This document shows, one piece after another, positions 60,300-64,000 of a stretch of DNA of 64,000 nucleotides (position 1 is its first letter; each line of letters begins with the position of its first letter). The DNA is from Sminthopsis crassicaudata. Taxonomy: Eukaryota. The position numbers and the translations under genes are program-made. Location: positions 71,886,066-71,950,065 of the forward strand of contig NC_133623.1 in the NCBI RefSeq assembly GCF_048593235.1. The letters are read 5' to 3'. Under the pieces are notes generated by a model. That model was not told where the DNA came from. It did not search any database and was given only the letters and a program-made list of their open reading frames with translations.

Positions 60300-63200
60300 C
60301 CACAAAAACAAGTCTCAAGTAAATCTAAAGAGAAAACAACTGATTAGGAAAACAATTATACAGATGTGCAGGACAACCTGAAAAATGAGAAACAAAAAGA
60401 AATAACATTAACAAAATACAAGATCCCTAAACCAGTAAAAACAACTAATATCTAACATAGGATATATAGAGACAACTTAAAGATCCTAGGTCTCCCAGAA
60501 GAACAAAAATTTTAAAAATGTGAACACCATTTCAATTTTTAAAAAGATAAAAAATTAGTAATAAGGGCATTTGAAACATCCTTTCTTCCAATAGTATTTG
60601 ATTTTTCCAAATACATATAGTTTTCAGCATTAATATTTGTAAAACCTTGTGTTCTAAATTTTTCTCCCTCCCTCCCTAACCTCCACCCTTCCCAAGATAG
60701 CAAGCAATCTGATATAAGTTAAATATGTGTGCAATCCTTTTAAACATGTTCCCATATTTGTCATGTTGTTCAAGAAAAAATCAGACCAAAAAGGGCAAAA
60801 AAACACAAGAAAGAAAAACAAACAAAAAGGGAAAAATACTATGTTTCAATCCACCTTCAGTCTCTATAGTTAGTTCTCTCTTTGGTTGCAGATGGCACTT
60901 CCCATAAGAAATCTATTGGAATTGCTTTAAATTACCACATTGTTGAGAAGAGACAAATCCATCACAGTTGATCACCACTTAATCTTGTAATTGTATACAA
61001 TGATCTGGTTCTATTCACTTCACTCAGCATCAGTTCATATAGGTCTTTCCAGACTTTTCTGAAATCCATCTGCTCATCATTTCTTATAGAACAATAATAT
61101 TCCATTACCTTCATATACTATAGCTTATTCAGTCATCCCCCAACTGATGAGCATCCACTCAATTTGAAGCATTCTTATACTAAAAAATGAGCAGATCAGA
61201 TTAGTCATTTGCAAAGATTCCAAACAAAAATACAATGCTGAATAAATACAGCTACAAAGGAAGAGAAGAAAATAGCTGAAGAGAAATACACCTATGGAGT
61301 TGTTGTTTTTTTAACTCAATGACAAAATACCAAGGAGAATTGATTTTTAAAGATTTTCTTCTAAAATTACATAAGGAGATAGAGGTGAATGTGTAGTGTA
61401 AATAGAACTAATGGTATATGGTTTGAAATGGCATAAAATAAAGCTCACAACACTTTGTCTTACAGATAAATCAATTTTCTTTTGTGAAATAAACTGCCAA
61501 ATAAGAGGCCAGGTAAAGGGGGAAAAGGTGAGAAGAAAACAAAGAATGTATGATGTACCTGAATCAAGTAAATAATGAAATTCGGATGATGTCTCAGGGA
61601 GAGCAAAGGGAGAGATTGAAATAAGGAAAGAAAAGGGGAAATTTCCATTCAATTGTGAGAAGGGGTTTCACTGAAGAATATTCATAGAAGGAAGAATGAA
61701 TTTGTAATGAAAGATGGGGAAATTACAGTGAGTATAAAATACAGGGTGATTTCCTAATGGTTCTCAGAGAAACCACTACTGAGATAATGTGCCTCCTCTG
61801 GGGTCAGCATTCTGGCTCAGGAAAAGGGAAATGAATCAAAGCTCCTCAATTGCTGTCTAGAAGGGTAACAGGGCATGGATCCAGAGAGATTTCATGGCAA
61901 ATGGGAGGGAATGTCACAATGAGAAATGGGCTACAGATTCATAAGCCTAGGAAAATTTCCATGGGGAAATAATTCTATCGTATTTCTGGCAGAAACTGAT
62001 AACTTCCAAAAAATAAGATATGGCAGGAAAAAGAGAGGGGAAACAAGATAACATAAAAACTGGAAGAAGAAACTTAAAGTAGATACCTTGGAAGTTTTAT
62101 TCCTTGAGGAATATAGAGACTAAAGAAGAAATAAATAGGTGTAAGGACCATGGGTACAAGAAAATTATAAAAGAAATACTTTCTTGAAAAAGGCATGGAA
62201 TGTTAAAAAATAACAAAAGAAGTTGAAAAGAGAATTTTTTGACTACTTAACTGAAGGAAAGGAGAATAAAAAACATCAAATAACTAAACAAAAAGGAGAA
62301 AAAATTATTTTTCATTTTCCCTTTTTATTTTAATATTTCATTTTTCCAAACACATACAAAGATAGTTTTGAAAATTCACCTTTGCAAAACTTTGTGTTCT
62401 AAATATGTCTCCCTCTCTCCTCTCCTCTTCCCAAGTCAACAAGAAATCTTATATAGATTTCTTTTATTTTTGGATTTTCTTACATAGATAAACATATTCC
62501 ATTAGAAGAAAAAATTTAAGTAACACTTCAAAACTAGGGAAAGAGAGGACACACAGTAGAGAGGGTCTTGAGGGGAAAGGAAAGAGAGCCCAGGGGAGAA
62601 ATGTTTTAAAGTAAATTAAGCAAAAATAACTGCAGAAATAAAATACTGTCTTTAAAGAAGAACAAAAATCCCCAATTCAGAAAAAGGCTAATATTAGAGA
62701 AAATGGAGAAAAATATTCTTAACTCTAAATGTGGACACATAAAGCAATACAATGAAATGAAAGATAGTGATGGAAAGAAAACAAAACCCTGCAATCTGTT
62801 TCTTAGAAGAAACACAACTAAAATGCAAAGAAATAAGGAGAATAAAAATGAGAGTCTGGAACAAAATTGACTATGTATCAGGTGAATCCAAAAAAGTTGC
62901 AATCATGCCATCAGACAAAGCAAAAACAAAAATTCATGATATAAAAAGAGATAAATAAGAAAATGACATGGTAAAAAAAATGACAATCAACAAACATATA
63001 TATATATGCCTCAAATATCTAAATTGACTAAGCAAAAATTAACTACAAGAGGACATAATCAGTAACAATAATAGCAATGGATTAATGCCCACTCAATTCT
63101 GGACAAATCGAACAGGAAGACAAACAAAAAGGAAAATAGAGAATTGAACATATTCCTAGAGAATATGAAGACTTATAGCATCTTCTAAATGAGAATGCTG

Positions 63201-64000
63201 AAGAATACCCACAGAACTTTTACAAAAATTGACCACATATCAGGTCACAGAGATTGCAAATAAATGTAAAAAAAGCAAAATTCATTAATACATCCTTTTC
63301 AGAGCAAAATGTAATAAAAATCATAATCGTTTCATTGGAGCACAAACAAAAGACCCAAATGGAGACCTAATAATAAATCTTAAAAGAACAAGTCATAGAT
63401 ATAATTAATAACTGTGTGAAAGAGAATTATAATGACAAAAAGACATACTGAAATTTCTTGGATGCTGCTAAAATTATATCCTCAGAGGGAAAATTATATC
63501 AATATCAATTATATCAAAATTAAATAAGAAACTTTAACAAAATAGAAATTAAGGGACTTATTGAACTGAATATGCATTTTAAGATTTTAGAAGCCAATAA
63601 ATATATCCAAAATAATCACCAAAGATAAGATTTTGAAAATTAGAAGAGAAATGTATGCATATATGTACACATTACATACATGTACAATACACATACATAC
63701 ATATAAACTGGAAACCAAAAAAGACTATAGTGATTAAAAATAAAAGTACAAATTCATTCTTTGAAAAGACTAACAAAATTTTAGCCAATCTGATGAAAAA
63801 GAAGAGAGTAGAAAATCAAATAAACACTATAGCAAATGAACAAGGTGAACTCAGATGAAGTAGAACAGGGCGAACAAAGGGAACTAGAAGAAATAAAAGG
63901 TTATTATGGTCAAAACTTGCTCTGCACAGTTCTATGTTAACAAAACTGATGATGCAAAACAAATAGGATGCTTTCACAAATATAAAATAAAGTCAGAAGC
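60300..64000 (+). mobile_element. Decayed L1 (ORF1 remnant and ORF2 endonuclease region), with nested antisense L1 3' pieces (~60565-61165, ~62310-62470)
   Basis: KQNPAICFLEETQLK..RIKMRVWNKIDY..KKVAIMPSDKAK (62775-62940) is the L1 APE endonuclease. Confidence 0.85.

Overview
Eukaryotic, repeat-rich genomic DNA from a marsupial. A dasyurid such as the Tasmanian devil is the best fit, given the MAR1/WSINE1-type SINEs, the HAL1-like LINEs and an OC1 hAT MITE. There are four assembly gaps. One protein-coding gene can be reconstructed: HAUS7 (augmin subunit 7), + strand, 11 coding exons from ATG 20813 to TGA 48199, starting at a CpG-island promoter (CCAAT, CRE, GC box). X linkage is inferred only from human synteny. 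This HAUS7 is unusual: about 120 aa of acidic, Trp-studded N-terminal extension, an apparent frameshift in exon 6, a GG in place of GT at the homologous exon-9 donor, and a probable split and re-framed exon 8. About 2 kb upstream lies a degraded endogenous bornavirus-like nucleoprotein element (EBLN, ~17880-18890). It is recognisable from collinear motifs in several reading frames and is interrupted by a short L1. The rest is L1, L2, CR1, HAL1, SINE, LTR and hAT fossils, a 73-bp tandem array, a fold-back CA/TG array, an 860-bp pyrimidine tract, and an intragenic CpG island with antisense splice signals. All homology calls rest on reference protein or repeat sequences recalled from memory and aligned by eye; no database search was run.
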